DNA from: the human T2T-CHM13v2.0 reference genome, Homo sapiens
Length of the DNA stretch: 64,000 nt
Reading direction: 5' to 3' (one strand)
Assembly: GCF_009914755.1 (NCBI RefSeq)
Contig: NC_060929.1
Shown: piece by piece, positions 17,574 to 34,020 of the stretch
Layout: every line of letters begins with the position of its first letter
Position numbering within the stretch: position 1 is the stretch's first letter
The notes under the pieces: generated by a model
What the model was told of the DNA's origin: nothing
Database searches by the model: none
The model's input: only the letters and a program-made list of their open reading frames with translations
Program-made: the position numbers and the translations under genes

Positions 17574-18020
17574 TTAAAATGAATTTTTGCAGAATTTAAT
17601 GCTTGAATGAAGCAATGTGCCTGCCTTTAAAAGTGGGCAGGCTTCCTGTATTTGAGATAATTTTATATCGGAAGCATTGACAGAGAAAGGGCTTGATTTT
17701 TATTAAACTGAATATAATTGGTATTCAGAGTAATACAACCAGTGATTTCTCTTTATTTAAAAGGAAGTAAAGCAGCCATCATTGACACCCACATTTATTA
17801 TTCCCTGCTACAAACACGTATGGAGAAATGGCACGTGTCATACATTGTTCTGGATTCTGGGGTGCCCAGAGGACTAAGAAGCCAATCCTTATTATTTGGC
17901 AGAACACCTTCAGTTAAATGTTGAATAGGACTCTCTAGGAAAATATTAGTTTCAATATTTTTAAACCTATTAATTTAAGGTTATATATAAACTTTTGAAG
18001 GAAAACACTATGCTTATTGA

Positions 18021-18669
<649 letters not shown>

Positions 18670-21600
18670 CTACTTTTTAAAAATGACTTGCTTTCATGAA
18701 AATTGTGAAAGTTTGTCATTGGTTTGTATATATCCATTTATTCACTCACCCATTCATTTGCTAATATATTCAAATGAATACATATAGAAAGCTCACAGTT
18801 GTTTTGATGCCATCAATGAAATAAAAATAATAGCCCCATACATTAATAGGAAAGTTAAGAACTGCACAGATGATTGAGTCATGGGCTTATAAAACTACAC
18901 ATATTCACAATGCTAAAAATGCTATTTAGGTAAATTTGAGGAAAAATCACCCCCAATTACATCACATTTCATTTTGCGTAGTACCCTCTAATTACTTTGC
19001 ACATACACATGTGCATACTTTAAAAATAGCTGCATTAGGAATGTGCATATTTTTGTAATTTTCTTTTTTTACTAAATATTATTTTGAGATATTAGAAGAA
19101 ACAGCTTAAAAGGTGGAGGATGCCACAAATATTCTCTTAAATTTTTACCCTAGGGTTTTCAGAGTCCTGGTTGAGATATATATTATTCAGTTCAAAAGCA
19201 AGATGGTGATATCTTATAAATGCTAGCACTGTCTAAACTATGAAGACACAACTGATGCACATGTTCTGTATTCTGTTTCAAATGTTGCTTATTTCTATTT
19301 TTTTTTTTTTTGAGAAAATCCAGTGGGAACTCAGAAGCACATGCATCTGAGTGATACTGTACCAGAAGTCCCTTGGTGCTTGAGTTCATGTCCTCAAATT
19401 AGGCAATGTTTCCTCCTTTCTTGAAAAGCAGGTTGCATTTTTCTTAAATTATGGAGTCAAGCTATTATTATCATGAATGATTATTAAATTGCTGCAGATG
19501 CTACTAAGCTATGTGCAGTGCATGAAACTGTTATGTTTTTCACTTTTTAATCCAAAGTGATAAAAAGCTGATTGCCTTAAAGCTCTGATATCTATACAGG
19601 GAAGTAATTCTTTACATAAAACATCGAGAGGCAAATTTTATTTTAGAAATATGTGACTTTAAAAGTCTTACAGATTTAAATTTCAAATTAAAAACATATT
19701 GCCAGCTGCTGTGGTTTGAAAGGGTTTATTTGCAGTTGTTCTGGCTTCAAATTTAACTCTTCATGATAATTCGCCCAAATTGGTTTCCCCTTTATCTCCT
19801 ATTTAAGAGTTTAAAATAGAAAAAGAAGCCAGCATATCTGCAGAGGAATAAACAGTGTAAGAAGGAGATGGTTACAGTAGGGAGTCCAACAATAAATATC
19901 TTTAAAAGCATGACTATTGTCCATGTCCCTCCATATCCTACAAATTTCTCATTTAGATGCAGCACCATGCTCACTTCCCAGTCTAAAAATCATAGTCAAT
20001 ATTCTGCTGCTGCAAACTTGAAAGTGAACCGTGGGAATTTTGGTTCAAGTTAGGTTCAAGAACTCCAGCCCTAAAATGATTCCTAAGAATTATCAGTTTA
20101 TCCTTTAGCTTCCAGTTTGGTGTCAGTGAAGACCACAGTTAGTGGTAGTGAGCAAGATGAGCTCAACCCAGATCTGTGTCTGTAAAAGCCCTCTCTAATA
20201 AGACAAATGTGTTTTAGGGAAAAGCTATAATGGAATTATGGCTCATGGAACACATAAGAAAGGATGTTGTCTTCATTTACTCTTTAATTCCAAAATATAT
20301 TCTGGAATTTACTTGCTAGAGGAAATCTGCAATATTCTAAAACTTTCATATGCTGGGCTCTTCCTTCTTATCCCCACTGTTGTCTAGTGGTTAGGAGAAT
20401 GGAAAGAGCAGAAAATGAGAGGGGAACAAGGACAATTTGAACAAATATGCTTTTCGGTTTTGGTCACGTGGTTTCAAAAAGTGAGGTTGAAGCATATAAC
20501 AAAAATTGGAGTTTGGGATAATGAGTTTTGATTCTGTTATCAGTCTTCATTTGCTACGTAGTTGAACATAGTGAACTTCTTTCAAAGTGGAAATTTTACT
20601 GTATTAATGGTATAATATGATGACCATATATTCTCCTAGCTTTTTCATTTAGAAAGAAATAACTTATGTATTCTTTCAGGAAATTTGCCTGCTGAAAACA
20701 AAAACAAGTAATAGCCCACATACTTTCTTCTAGAATATTGGCAGCTTTTTTATCACCCTCTCAGTATCCCACCTCCACCCCTGTGGGTATGGCAAATATC
20801 AGTGTATGCTTATTGGCTGTGTTGGAGAAAGAAGCATCTGGACACTCAGCATAAGCTTCCTATAAGAAGTTAAGCTTCCGTTTAGGAAATATATGGAAAT
20901 ATTTAAGCCTAAGGAAAACAAGTCTGTTAATAACACCCCTATATTCCATTACTCAGGAAAAGTCTGGAAAGTTTTCTTAGTTGGCATTTATATTATAGAA
21001 GTCATAATCAAGAATGCTTGGTTCATTAGGGATGAATGTTTGGGTTACAAAAAATAAAATTAACTCCTGGTTTGGCAAATCTTTTTAAAAGGGGCAGATA
21101 GCAAACTTTAATCTTTGCCGTCAGTTGATTTTTTACATTTATTTAAATTTGCATTTGCATTCTATGATTGTTTTATCAAATAAGTATGTTCTACCAAAAA
21201 TAATTTGCCAAATATTCATATAAATAGGACAACTCTATAAATGAGTATAGATAGACAAATAACCCGTGGCTTGAAAGAAATTGGGCTTAGGGTGAAAAGG
21301 AATCAGTAACTGAAAGTGGAGTTTAAACAAAAACAGAACACAACCCTCAGGTTATCAGCTTCATGAGGATACTATCACAAACTCTTGGGAAATTCCGCTG
21401 GGTGATGAGCCAAATGCCTGCAGAGCCAGACACTTCTGATTCAGTAGCAGCAGTTCTGGATCTGTGCATAATACCCAATTGATTATGGGTCATTCTGTTC
21501 TAAATCAATACATTTTAGACACAAATATGGCATGAATCAAGAAAATGGTTTTATGCACCGAAATTGATGTTGATCAGAACCTTTATGAGGTTTTAAAGGT

Positions 21601-22087
21601 GAAAACTTTAATGGGCCTTCCTGCTTATAATTATTTAGAATTGGCCCCAAATCCTTACATTCAGTTGCTTTGAATGGTGGAGGATCCACCTTGCTCTTAA
21701 GCTCCTTTAATGAGCAAAAGCTTCAGACACTTTTTAAAACTAAAATGCGAACTAGAATTCCAATTTTTTGAAAATTTGCTTGGTTAGAATCACATTGCAA
21801 AAATGAGTTATTTCTAGCAGCACTTAAAAATTAAATAATAAAAAATACTTTGAAATCCAATGGAAAACAATGAGGCATTCTCTTCTTTTTTTCCAAAAAT
21901 AGCACAATGCAGTTGACTTTCAGTATGACTTAATAACTCATTTATAAGTTCTCAAGTCTTTCCTGGGGCAGTGTGGTATTACAAAGTTAGGCTAGGATGT
22001 GGAAAATTAGCTCACTGCACTTCGTCAAACCTATTTAAGAGAGATTTTAATTCACCTCCAATTGACATGAGTGGCTCTCAGTGTCCT

Positions 22088-22298
22088 GCTGAGCCATATT
22101 AGAGCTTGAGGCAAAAGAGAAATTCAACTATACTGATTCTGTTTTTATTTAAAATTCTGACATTCTGGCTTTTTTTGCATTGACTATGATTTGTTTAAAT
22201 ATTTCATCAAAATATTACAAATCTTGATTATTAATATTTTGTTGCCCCTTTAAATTTTCCACTGGAGGCTAATGCCTCACTCTCATTGGCTGGGCCTT
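22088..22298 (+). mobile_element. MER96B-like (hAT-Tip100)
   Basis: GAGGCAAAAGAGAAATT...TTTATTTAAAATT...GCCCCTTTAAATTTT...GAGGCTAATGCCTCACTC. Confidence 0.5.
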
Positions 22299-22513
22299 GT
22301 CTATGGTGATTCTGATAAAGAGATCTGAGAGATTTATCTCATTTTTCCCGTTGTACCAATACAAATATCTGAATGTTGTAGTTGTTACACATCATTCTAC
22401 TGGTACTAATTCCTCTAGGTTTGGAGCTGTTGGTCTCAATACCATGAATACAGTGTTAATTTCATGATTCTGGTGCCTTTTACCTGTAGTTGTGTTAGCT
22501 CATTTAAAAAATA

Positions 22514-22672
22514 CTGTATTTCATCAATAATTAGACACACAGGATTTGCGTATTTTAACATTTCTCTGAAATTGGGATATATTTTATAGTAAATGGCATC
22601 TGCTAATTGGCAGCTCTTTTTTCTTTTTGGTATGTTTTTCAACTGGTGGTATCTCTAAGTTGATGAAGTGCT
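22514..22672 (+). mobile_element. MER104-like (Tc2 MITE)
   Basis: TA|CTGTATTTCATCAAT...TTTTAACATTTCTCTGAAATTGGG...GTTGATGAAGTGCTG with imperfect TIRs. Confidence 0.6.
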
Positions 22673-23124
22673 GTCCTCACCATAGCACCTAATGTAGGAA
22701 TATTGCTCAATTTTATTCTAAGCATCTGTACACTGAGAACATTTTATGATTGAGCAATGGTATTTATTTCAGTAGCCTTTTATTTTTAAAATTTCTTATT
22801 GGCCACTTAAAAATTATGTATATAAGTTCTAAGTAATATGAATTATAAACATGCATTATAAAATTGGAGCCCATATAAAACCAAAAATAGTAAAGGAAAA
22901 TAGTTTGCAATAAAAACAATATGCTTTTCATTGAAATATAATTAATGCACAATACACTTAATTTAGATTATTTTGAATACTGTCTTTTGCAAAGCTCTAA
23001 GAATAGCTAGGGAACTCAGCTATGATCACAGTCTACCCAATGAGAGAATTCAACTGCTTCTCTTTCTTCTTCCATTCTGTCTTGTTCCCACTCACAGGTC
23101 CTGATTGAGAAGGTAAAGCATTGT

Positions 23125-23749
23125 CAGTGGACGTAGAGTGGAGATAGGAGTTTTGAGGCCACTGTTCTCCCCACGTTGCCCAGACACCTGCATAACGGGG
23201 AGCCACTATGCTCTTGGTTTGTGCAGGTGCGACTAGCCCCTGGTGGTTCTACCCCTTGGCAGTGACTATCCCTGGAGCAGGTGTCATAACTGAAGAAGCA
23301 CAAGTTACTGCTCTTGCAGAGCACACCGCTCGGGCTCTGAATTACACCTGCATGGCGCTCCTCCTGTTAACAGATGAGGTTGATCAGATGAGAAAGGCTG
23401 TGAAACCAAATGGCCTTAGACATAGTAACTACTGCCCAAGGAGGCACCCGTGCCCCGTTAGGAACACAATGTTGTACCTTTATCCCTGACAATTGGCAGA
23501 ACATAACAGCCCTGCAGGGGATCTAATGAGAGATTAAGGCAGTCCAGAGCCTTATTGACGACCACCTGCAGAGATGGTGGGCATCTCTAGGCTCTGGCCT
23601 ATGCTGGGCCCTCAGTCATAAGTAGCTTAGCTGGGATCCTAGTAGTGAGCTGTTGCTCTTTGTATTGTTGTCGTGGGTTATAAATTCAGGGCTCTGCCCT
23701 ATAGGCACATGTCCCTACCTGGAAGATGCCCTCGGCCTAGGAGGTGGAG
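23125..23749 (+). pseudogene. env: Endogenous retrovirus env remnant (TM subunit), HERV-S/HERVL18 internal 3' end
   Basis: Frameshifted translation gives a heptad region (AEHTARALNYT..LLLLTDEVDQMRK), then ISD-like NQMALDIVTTAQGGT and a degenerate CX6CC (RAPLGTQCC-TFIPDN); purine tract AGGAGGTGGAG at 23739-23749 precedes the LTR. Confidence 0.8.
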
Positions 23750-24087
23750 TGTAAGGGAAATGGCTGCGCTTTAGTCAGGAGTAGGCCAAGGCGACCTTCC
23801 AGCACAGCATGACTTAGCAGGTTTGTAGTGCAGGCTCACAACTCCACACATTATGTAACCATGTCACATGAAGTACATTAGGTAACCACTCATGTGAGCT
23901 TGTGCTTGGCTGGGAGCCACTATTGTCTATATAAGGTATAATTACCCTGCTAATGCTGTACATAACGGCTTGTGTCCAGAGAGAGAATAAAGGCATGTCG
24001 AAACTCTCTGTGATTCCTCGAGTGTTTTCCCAGCTACCTGTCACTCACCACCCCCGCTTGGACCTCAGCTTGGGCTGGAACCTGGCA
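23750..24087 (+). mobile_element. LTR18A-like LTR (HERV-S/HERVL18)
   Basis: TG...CA termini, TATATAA at 23928-23934, AATAAA at 23986-23991, and strong resemblance to the LTR18A consensus as I recall it. Confidence 0.8.
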
Positions 24088-24094
24088 CTTGGTG

Positions 24095-24375
24095 TGACAC
24101 ACATTCTAGATCTTAAAGAGTTAGTACAAAGACAGAAAAGAAGGCAAAGCATCTCATTAATAATTTTATATTGTTTAAATGTTTAAATGAAAATATTTTG
24201 GATATATTCCACTTATATTGAATATATTTTGAATATATTGATTATATTTAGTATGTTTTAGAAATTAATTTCCCTTGTTCCTTTTTACTTTCTAAACTGT
24301 GACTGCTAGGAGTTTGTAATTCCCTATGTGACCAGCATTCGTAGCTAGTGCTTTGCTTCTGTTGAAAAGTGCTGT
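24095..24375 (-). mobile_element. MER33 (hAT-Charlie MITE), partial
   Basis: CATCTCATTAATAATTTTATATTG...GAAATTAATTTCCC...TTCTGTTGAAAAGTGCTG matches reverse-complemented MER33. Confidence 0.7.
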
Positions 24376-26853
24376 TCTAAATTTGATAAAACAGGAAAAT
24401 CTGGAGACAAGTGACATCTGCAAGTTGATTTCCTCCCATTTCTGTGTTTTTTTTAAAGGTTTCTATAACTCCTAATCATTTGCCCATATATGACATAGTA
24501 TCGGTGTTTCTTTGTGGTTGCCAAGTTTATTAGTTGCACAATATTTTTAAATGTCACCTGTGGTGAGCTTTTCATGGGGTCCCCTCCCTAAGCAAGCCAG
24601 CAAGCAGCCCCTTCTGTTCACCAAGAGTCAGCTATATCTGGGTTCTAACTCAGTCTCTTTTTCTCTTTGCACCTCTTGCCTTCTTTGTCACTTTCATCCA
24701 TGATTTCATGTTGAGGCTAGAGAAAATGACCAGAGAATGGAAAATGAAACAAAGCATGGAGTGATGAAGTTAATTGAAATCACAGAAATGATAAAACAAT
24801 TGTATACTAATGTCAGAATCATGGGGCTTCTTTGCTCATAAGAGCTGTGAAACGAGACAGAATTATTACCATTAATGAAACTGAAAAATATGAGAGACAT
24901 AGACCACATTTCGAATTGCTGCATGTTAAGATGCTTACATTTTTCCTTTTCTGAAATCTGAAACTTTGCCTTGTGGGGGAGTAGGACTTGCCTCTTCCTC
25001 TAGTTGTTCAAGTTATTTTAAAATTCTAGAATCTTTTTGAAGAAAGTGTGTAGTTTTAGTAAAAATGAAGTCACTGATGAAAAGTATAATCTTTGCATTG
25101 ATTTTTTTGTGTCTAAGCTTTCTTCTCAAAGAAAAAAATTTAAATTAATGTTTTATTTTCTCCTTTTTTGTTAAAATGTTTACTTCAGACATTACAGTGA
25201 TAGATGTCATGGATAAGTAGCTGAAGAAAATAATATAATTGACTTTTTAAATGAATAAATGAGTTTTTTCCTTCATTGAAACTGCCAAACTTCACACCGC
25301 TTTAAAGAATTGACCCATTTAAACTTTTGCAACCTATTTTAAATTGGCTGGAGAGAGATGTTATAAAAAAGTATGGAATTGTAATTGTTGGAATTAAAAG
25401 CAAATGAAGTTATTTTAACATCATTTTTAACATAAGAATTCTCCTAAGAATTGAAACTGCATATTTAAATTAGATTTAGTCAAATGGATATGCAGAAAAA
25501 TTAATTTTGGGAAAAAACTTGAAAATCAAATTGTTTGAAAACATCTCTCTGTTGTGTTTATAAACTCAGTGACCATTATTTTACATATGGGATTTTATTT
25601 ATTATTAAGAAAATTTGCAGTTTACAAATTTGCAATTTGAACTGACCCGTAAGTGAAGTCCACATGCTGGAGAAGGATTTAATAGCTTCATGGCTTACTG
25701 GTTTTTTTTTTTCATCAGCCCTGTTCAGGTGCCTTTTGTAAGACATATGACCCCCCTCCTTAACGTACTAGGTCTGGGCATCTTGACTATAAATGTGATT
25801 TGCTTCTATATATTTCAGGCAACATCTCTTCCTAGCATAATTGAAAAGATTATTTACTGGAGAATGTCAACAAATGGCTTTTTCAAAAAAGACTTAACAT
25901 ATCCTACAGAATGATTTATATACAGCAAACTAAACAGTTAAAATGAATATAAATATGTATGTTTAATTAACTTGAAATTACAGGAATTGACAAATAAAGA
26001 ATAATTCTGGTGATAACTGCTGACTTGCTCCTACATGGATGGTGATGAAACACTTAGAATGGAGTGATTAAAGGAACTAAGTCCTGATCTTACTGGAAAC
26101 TATGTCTAGTAGGATTAGAATGTCTCTAATGAATCCTTCATTGCATCAGAAGTCATTATTTTCCTTTGAAGGGGGAATGGGAGAAAATATAGATAGGAAG
26201 GTGAATTTTTCTTAATAAACATAACTCTCATAGGGGTACCAGCGTCTGGATAACATAAAATAATAAAATGAATTCTATTTTCCCAATTCAGAGACAATTC
26301 TTCCATTCTAGCCAAATAACTTCCTTATACCCTCCCCCACTATCATTTTGGGAATCCTGTTTTTTGACTGGACTCCACAACTTTCCTATACATAAACTTG
26401 CTTCCATTTATAGATTAAGTTTTATTTTTAGGATTCAACTAAAGTATAAGCCATTGTAGTTTTTTTGCATACTTACTCTTCGGTCATTTATTCTCTCTAC
26501 AGTTCACTTGCAAGATGATTAAATTTAGTTGGTTTTCATATGAGAAAGAGAGACATCTCTTTGCTCAGTTAAGAAGTATTTATTCTGAAGAGCTTTTGAT
26601 GTAATGATTTAACTGGCATTAGAATTCGGTGAGGATGTTTGCTGAAGGGTAAATATTCTTAAATTATAAAGCCCTGGATTCTTTAAGCCTTTCAGCTACC
26701 ATTGGCTTTGGACTGAAAAGAAATCTTAAAACATTTTATATTAATAAGCCATATTCTCTCAGTGTCCAGCTACTAGTTAGCTGTAAATTAAACATTTTTG
26801 GAAACTGCCTAAAATTCTCGGGGTCCCAATTACCTTATAAATGTATCAAAACT

Positions 26854-27760
26854 GGGGTCTTGAGCCAAGATGGCCGAATAGGAACAGCTCCGGTCTACAG
26901 CTCCCAGCGTGAGCGACGCAGAAGACGGGTGATTTCTGCATTTCCATCTGAGGTACCGGGTTCATCTCACTAGGGAGTGCCAGACAGTGGGCGCAGGCCA
27001 GTGTGTGCGCGCACCGTGCGGGAGCCGAAGCAGGGCGAGGCATTGCCTCACCTGGGAAGCGCAAGGGGTCAGGGAGTTCCCTTTCCAAGTCAAAGAAAGG
27101 GGTGACGGACGCACCTGGAAAATCGGGTCACTCCCACCCGAATATTGCGCTTTTCAGACCGGCTTAAGAAACGGCGCACCACGAGACTATATCCCACACC
27201 TGGCTCAGAGGGTCCTACGCCCACGGAATCTCGCTGATTGCTAGCACAGCAGTCTGAGATCAAACTGCAAGGCGGCAACGAGGCTGGGGGAGGGGCGCCC
27301 GCCATTGCCCAGGCTTGCTTAGGTAAACAAAGCAGCCGGGAAGCTCGAACTGGGTGGAGCCCACCACAACTCAAGGAGGCCTGCCTGCCTCTGTAGGCTC
27401 CACCTCTGGGGGCAGGGCACAGACAAACAAAAAGGCAGCAGTAACCTCTGCAGACTTAAGTGTCCCTGTCTGACAGCTTTGAAGAGAGCAGTGGTTCTCC
27501 CAGCACGCAGCTGGAGATCTGAGAACGGGCAGACTGCCTCCTCAAGTGGGTCCCTGACCCCTGACCCCCGAGCAGCCTAACTGGGAGGCACCCCCCAGCA
27601 GGGGCACACTGACACCTCACACGGCAGGGTATTCCAACAGACCTGCAGCTGAGGGTCCTGTCTGTTAGAAGGAAAACTAACAACCAGAAAGGACATCTAC
27701 ACCGAAAACCCATCTGTACATCACCATCATCAAAGACCAAAAGTAGATAAAACCACAAAG
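26854..27760 (+). promoter_or_regulatory. L1HS 5'UTR CpG island: internal sense promoter (YY1 site CAAGATGGCC at 26866-26875) and antisense promoter
   Basis: CpG-rich ~900 bp matching the L1HS 5'UTR with the YY1 motif intact; promoter activity is established for this family. Confidence 0.88.
27090..27305 (-). CDS. ORF0: L1 ORF0, primate-specific antisense ORF in the 5'UTR, 71 aa
   Basis: ATG at 27305-27303 gives MAGAPPPASLPPCSLISDCC...RCVRHPFL, the last 71 aa of the 27090..27374 ORF. Confidence 0.9.
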   Translation of the reverse strand: MAGAPPPASLPPCSLISDCCASNQRDSVGVGPSEPGVGYSLVVRRFLSRSEKRNIRVGVTRFSRCVRHPFL

Positions 27761-28777
27761 ATGGGGAAAAAACAGAACAGAAAAACTGGAAACTCTAAAA
27801 CGCAGAGCGCCTCTCCTCCTCCAAAGGAACGCAGTTCCTCACCAGCAACGGAACAGAGCTGGATGGAGAATGATTTTGACGAGCTGAGAGAAGAAGGCTT
27901 CAGACGATCAGATTACTCTGAGCTATGGGAGGACATTCAAACCAAAGGCAAAGAAGTTGAAAACTTTGAAAAAAATTTAGAAGAATGTATAACTAGAATA
28001 ACCAATACAGAGAAGTGCTTAAAGGAGCTGATGGAGCTGAAAACCAAGGCTCGAGAACTACGTGAAGAATGCAGAAGCCTCAGGAGCCGATGCGATCAAC
28101 TGGAAGAAAGGGTATCAGCAATGGAAGATGAAATGAATGAAATGAAGCGAGAAGGGAAGTTTAGAGAAAAAAGAATAAAAAGAAATGAGCAAAGCCTCCA
28201 AGAAATATGGGACTATGTGAAAAGACCAAATCTACGTCTGATTGGTGTACCTGAAAGTGATGTGGAGAATGGAACCAAGTTGGAAAACACTCGGCAGGAT
28301 ATTATCCAGGAGAACTTCCCCAATCTAGCAAGGCAGGCCAACGTTCAGATTCAGGAAATACAGAGAACGCCACAGAGATACTCCTCGAGAAGAGCAACTC
28401 GAAGACACATAATTGTCAGATTCACCAAAGTTGAAATGAAGGAAAAAATGTTAAGGGCAGCCAGAGAGAAAGGTCGGGTTACCCTCAAAGGAAAGCCCAT
28501 CAGACTAACAGCGGATCTCTCGGCAGAAACCCTACAAGCCGGAAGAGAGTGGGGGCCAATATTCAACATTCTTAAAGAAAAGAATTTTCAACCCAGAATT
28601 TCATATCCAGCCAAACTAAGCTTCATAAGTGAAGGAGAAATAAAATACTTTATAGACAAGCAAATGCTGAGAGATTTTGTCACCACCAGGCCTGCCCTAA
28701 AAGAGCTCCTGAAGGAAGCACTAAACATGGAAAGGAACAACCGGTACCAGCCGCTGCAAAATCATGCCAAAATGTAA
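27761..28777 (+). CDS. ORF1: L1 ORF1p (coiled-coil, RRM, CTD nucleic-acid chaperone), 338 aa, with N51D, R56W, L178R, P214R, R261G relative to L1HS consensus
   Basis: Translation MGKKQNRKTGNSK...LQNHAKM is canonical L1HS ORF1p; the variant codons were read directly from the sequence. Confidence 0.97.
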   Translation: MGKKQNRKTGNSKTQSASPPPKERSSSPATEQSWMENDFDELREEGFRRSDYSELWEDIQTKGKEVENFEKNLEECITRITNTEKCLKELMELKTKARELREECRSLRSRCDQLEERVSAMEDEMNEMKREGKFREKRIKRNEQSLQEIWDYVKRPNLRLIGVPESDVENGTKLENTRQDIIQENFPNLARQANVQIQEIQRTPQRYSSRRATRRHIIVRFTKVEMKEKMLRAAREKGRVTLKGKPIRLTADLSAETLQAGREWGPIFNILKEKNFQPRISYPAKLSFISEGEIKYFIDKQMLRDFVTTRPALKELLKEALNMERNNRYQPLQNHAKM

Positions 28778-28816
28778 AGACCATCGAGACTAGGAAGAAA
28801 CTGCATCAACTAATGA

Positions 28817-32668
<3,852 letters not shown>

Positions 32669-32711
32669 ACAATGAGATCACATGGACACAGGAAGGGGAA
32701 TATCACACTCT

Positions 32712-32745
32712 GGGGACTGTGGTGGGGTCGGGGGAGGGGGGAGGG
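32712..32745 (+). other. G-rich polypurine tract / potential G-quadruplex in the L1 3'UTR
   Basis: GGGGACTGTGGTGGGGTCGGGGGAGGGGGGAGGG contains at least 4 G-runs. Confidence 0.75.
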
Positions 32746-33574
32746 ATAGCATTGGGAGATATACCTAATGCTAGATGACACGTTAGTGGGTGCAGCGCAC
32801 CAGCATGGCACATGTATACATATGTAACTAACCTGCACAATGTGCACATGTACCCTAAAACTTAGAGTATAATAAAAAAAAAAAATAAAATAAATGTATC
32901 AAAACTAGTTCTTATTTTAAAATGCACTTTATTAACTAATAAAATATGAGCAAGCTTTAATTTTCAAAAGCCTGGGGCTCAGAAATCCAAATATATAAAA
33001 CATATAAAATAGGTGGTGGTAATAAGGATTACTAAAGAATATTTTTGTTTTATGAAATAATTGATCAGTGTTTCCTTTAAAAACATTAATTCCCTTTACT
33101 GTAGTTATTACTTTTCATTCAAAGATATTTATCTACAAGCTACAAAATTTGCAGATGAAACTTAAAAATTAATTTTGGGAGCAATCCTTTTTGGAGATCA
33201 ATCCAAAATGACAGCTAAGCATCTCTGGAATTGAAATTTAGTCCAGTGGGAAACAGAATGTTATTTAGAGAGGTTCAGTTTGACTCAGATTTCAGGAAAA
33301 GTCAGTTATGTAAAATTCTCCTAGAATCATTTATGTTATGGAAAACAATAGCTTATTACCGGAGCTTTAGCCCTAAATACTGAATTCGTTAAAAGTGCCT
33401 TCTGTAATCTTAAAATGAAACCCATTATTTATTTTGAAGTAAAGGGAAAATTAAATATTCAGTAATCTTAAAATTACATGTATTTAATTATAGATGAAAA
33501 ATAATTGAGATATAATTAACCTTCTATTTGCCATATGGGGATTACCTGTGTTGTGGTTATATTTGTTTAACTTC

Positions 33575-34020
33575 ATTGACTGATGTTTCCTTTGTACCAT
33601 AAACATGTAGTAAGTTCTTTCTAGTGTCCAGGAACTACAATCCGTGGTCGAGATGTGAGTGAATAAGACATGGTTCTTGGACCTGAGTATCTTAGAGTCT
33701 TTGAGTTCAAACAAACAAAGCACACACAAAAGAGCAATGCAGTGTCACAAGGCTCTGCTAGCTGACGGTCCAGGGCACCCTGAGGGCACATCGCTTAACA
33801 ATTGTTGTGCTTTGCAACTTGAGACTATTCATTGTCAGTAAGCATGTACACCAAACCAAATGCCTCCTGAAGGGACTTATCAATTCTGCCTGGGCTGAGA
33901 GATGTAGGAGAGGAAAACCTTTGACCTGGGTCTTAGGTGGGCAGGACAGGGTGAATGGCAGAAAAGGCAGCATGATCAAAGATGTGCATTTGTGGTGGGA
34001 ACCTTTCAGGTGTCTGGGAT
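33575..34020 (-). mobile_element. L2 3' fragment
   Basis: GTGAATAAGACATGGTTCTTGGACCTGAG...ACCTGGGTCTTAGGTGGGCAGG...GCAGCATGATCAAAG; other L2 remnants lie at ~35000-35200, 43650-43850 and 44120-45030. Confidence 0.5.

Noticed and set aside
19400-20100. Repeat-poor unique stretches (also ~9400-10700 and ~38800-40000) that could be conserved non-coding elements
   Set aside because: Conservation cannot be judged from one sequence and I see no decisive motif.
25800-25914. Possible 3' splice site TATTTCAG|GCAAC with an open frame (similar candidates at ~2597, ~20679 and ~37161)
   Set aside because: No recognisable protein, and no consistent donor or phase chain; such motifs are frequent by chance in AT-rich DNA.
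32780-32782. Assignment of the full-length L1 to the Ta subfamily or to L1PA2
   Set aside because: The diagnostic trinucleotide is ACG (not ACA for Ta, not GAG for L1PA2) with G at 32865, which is pre-Ta.
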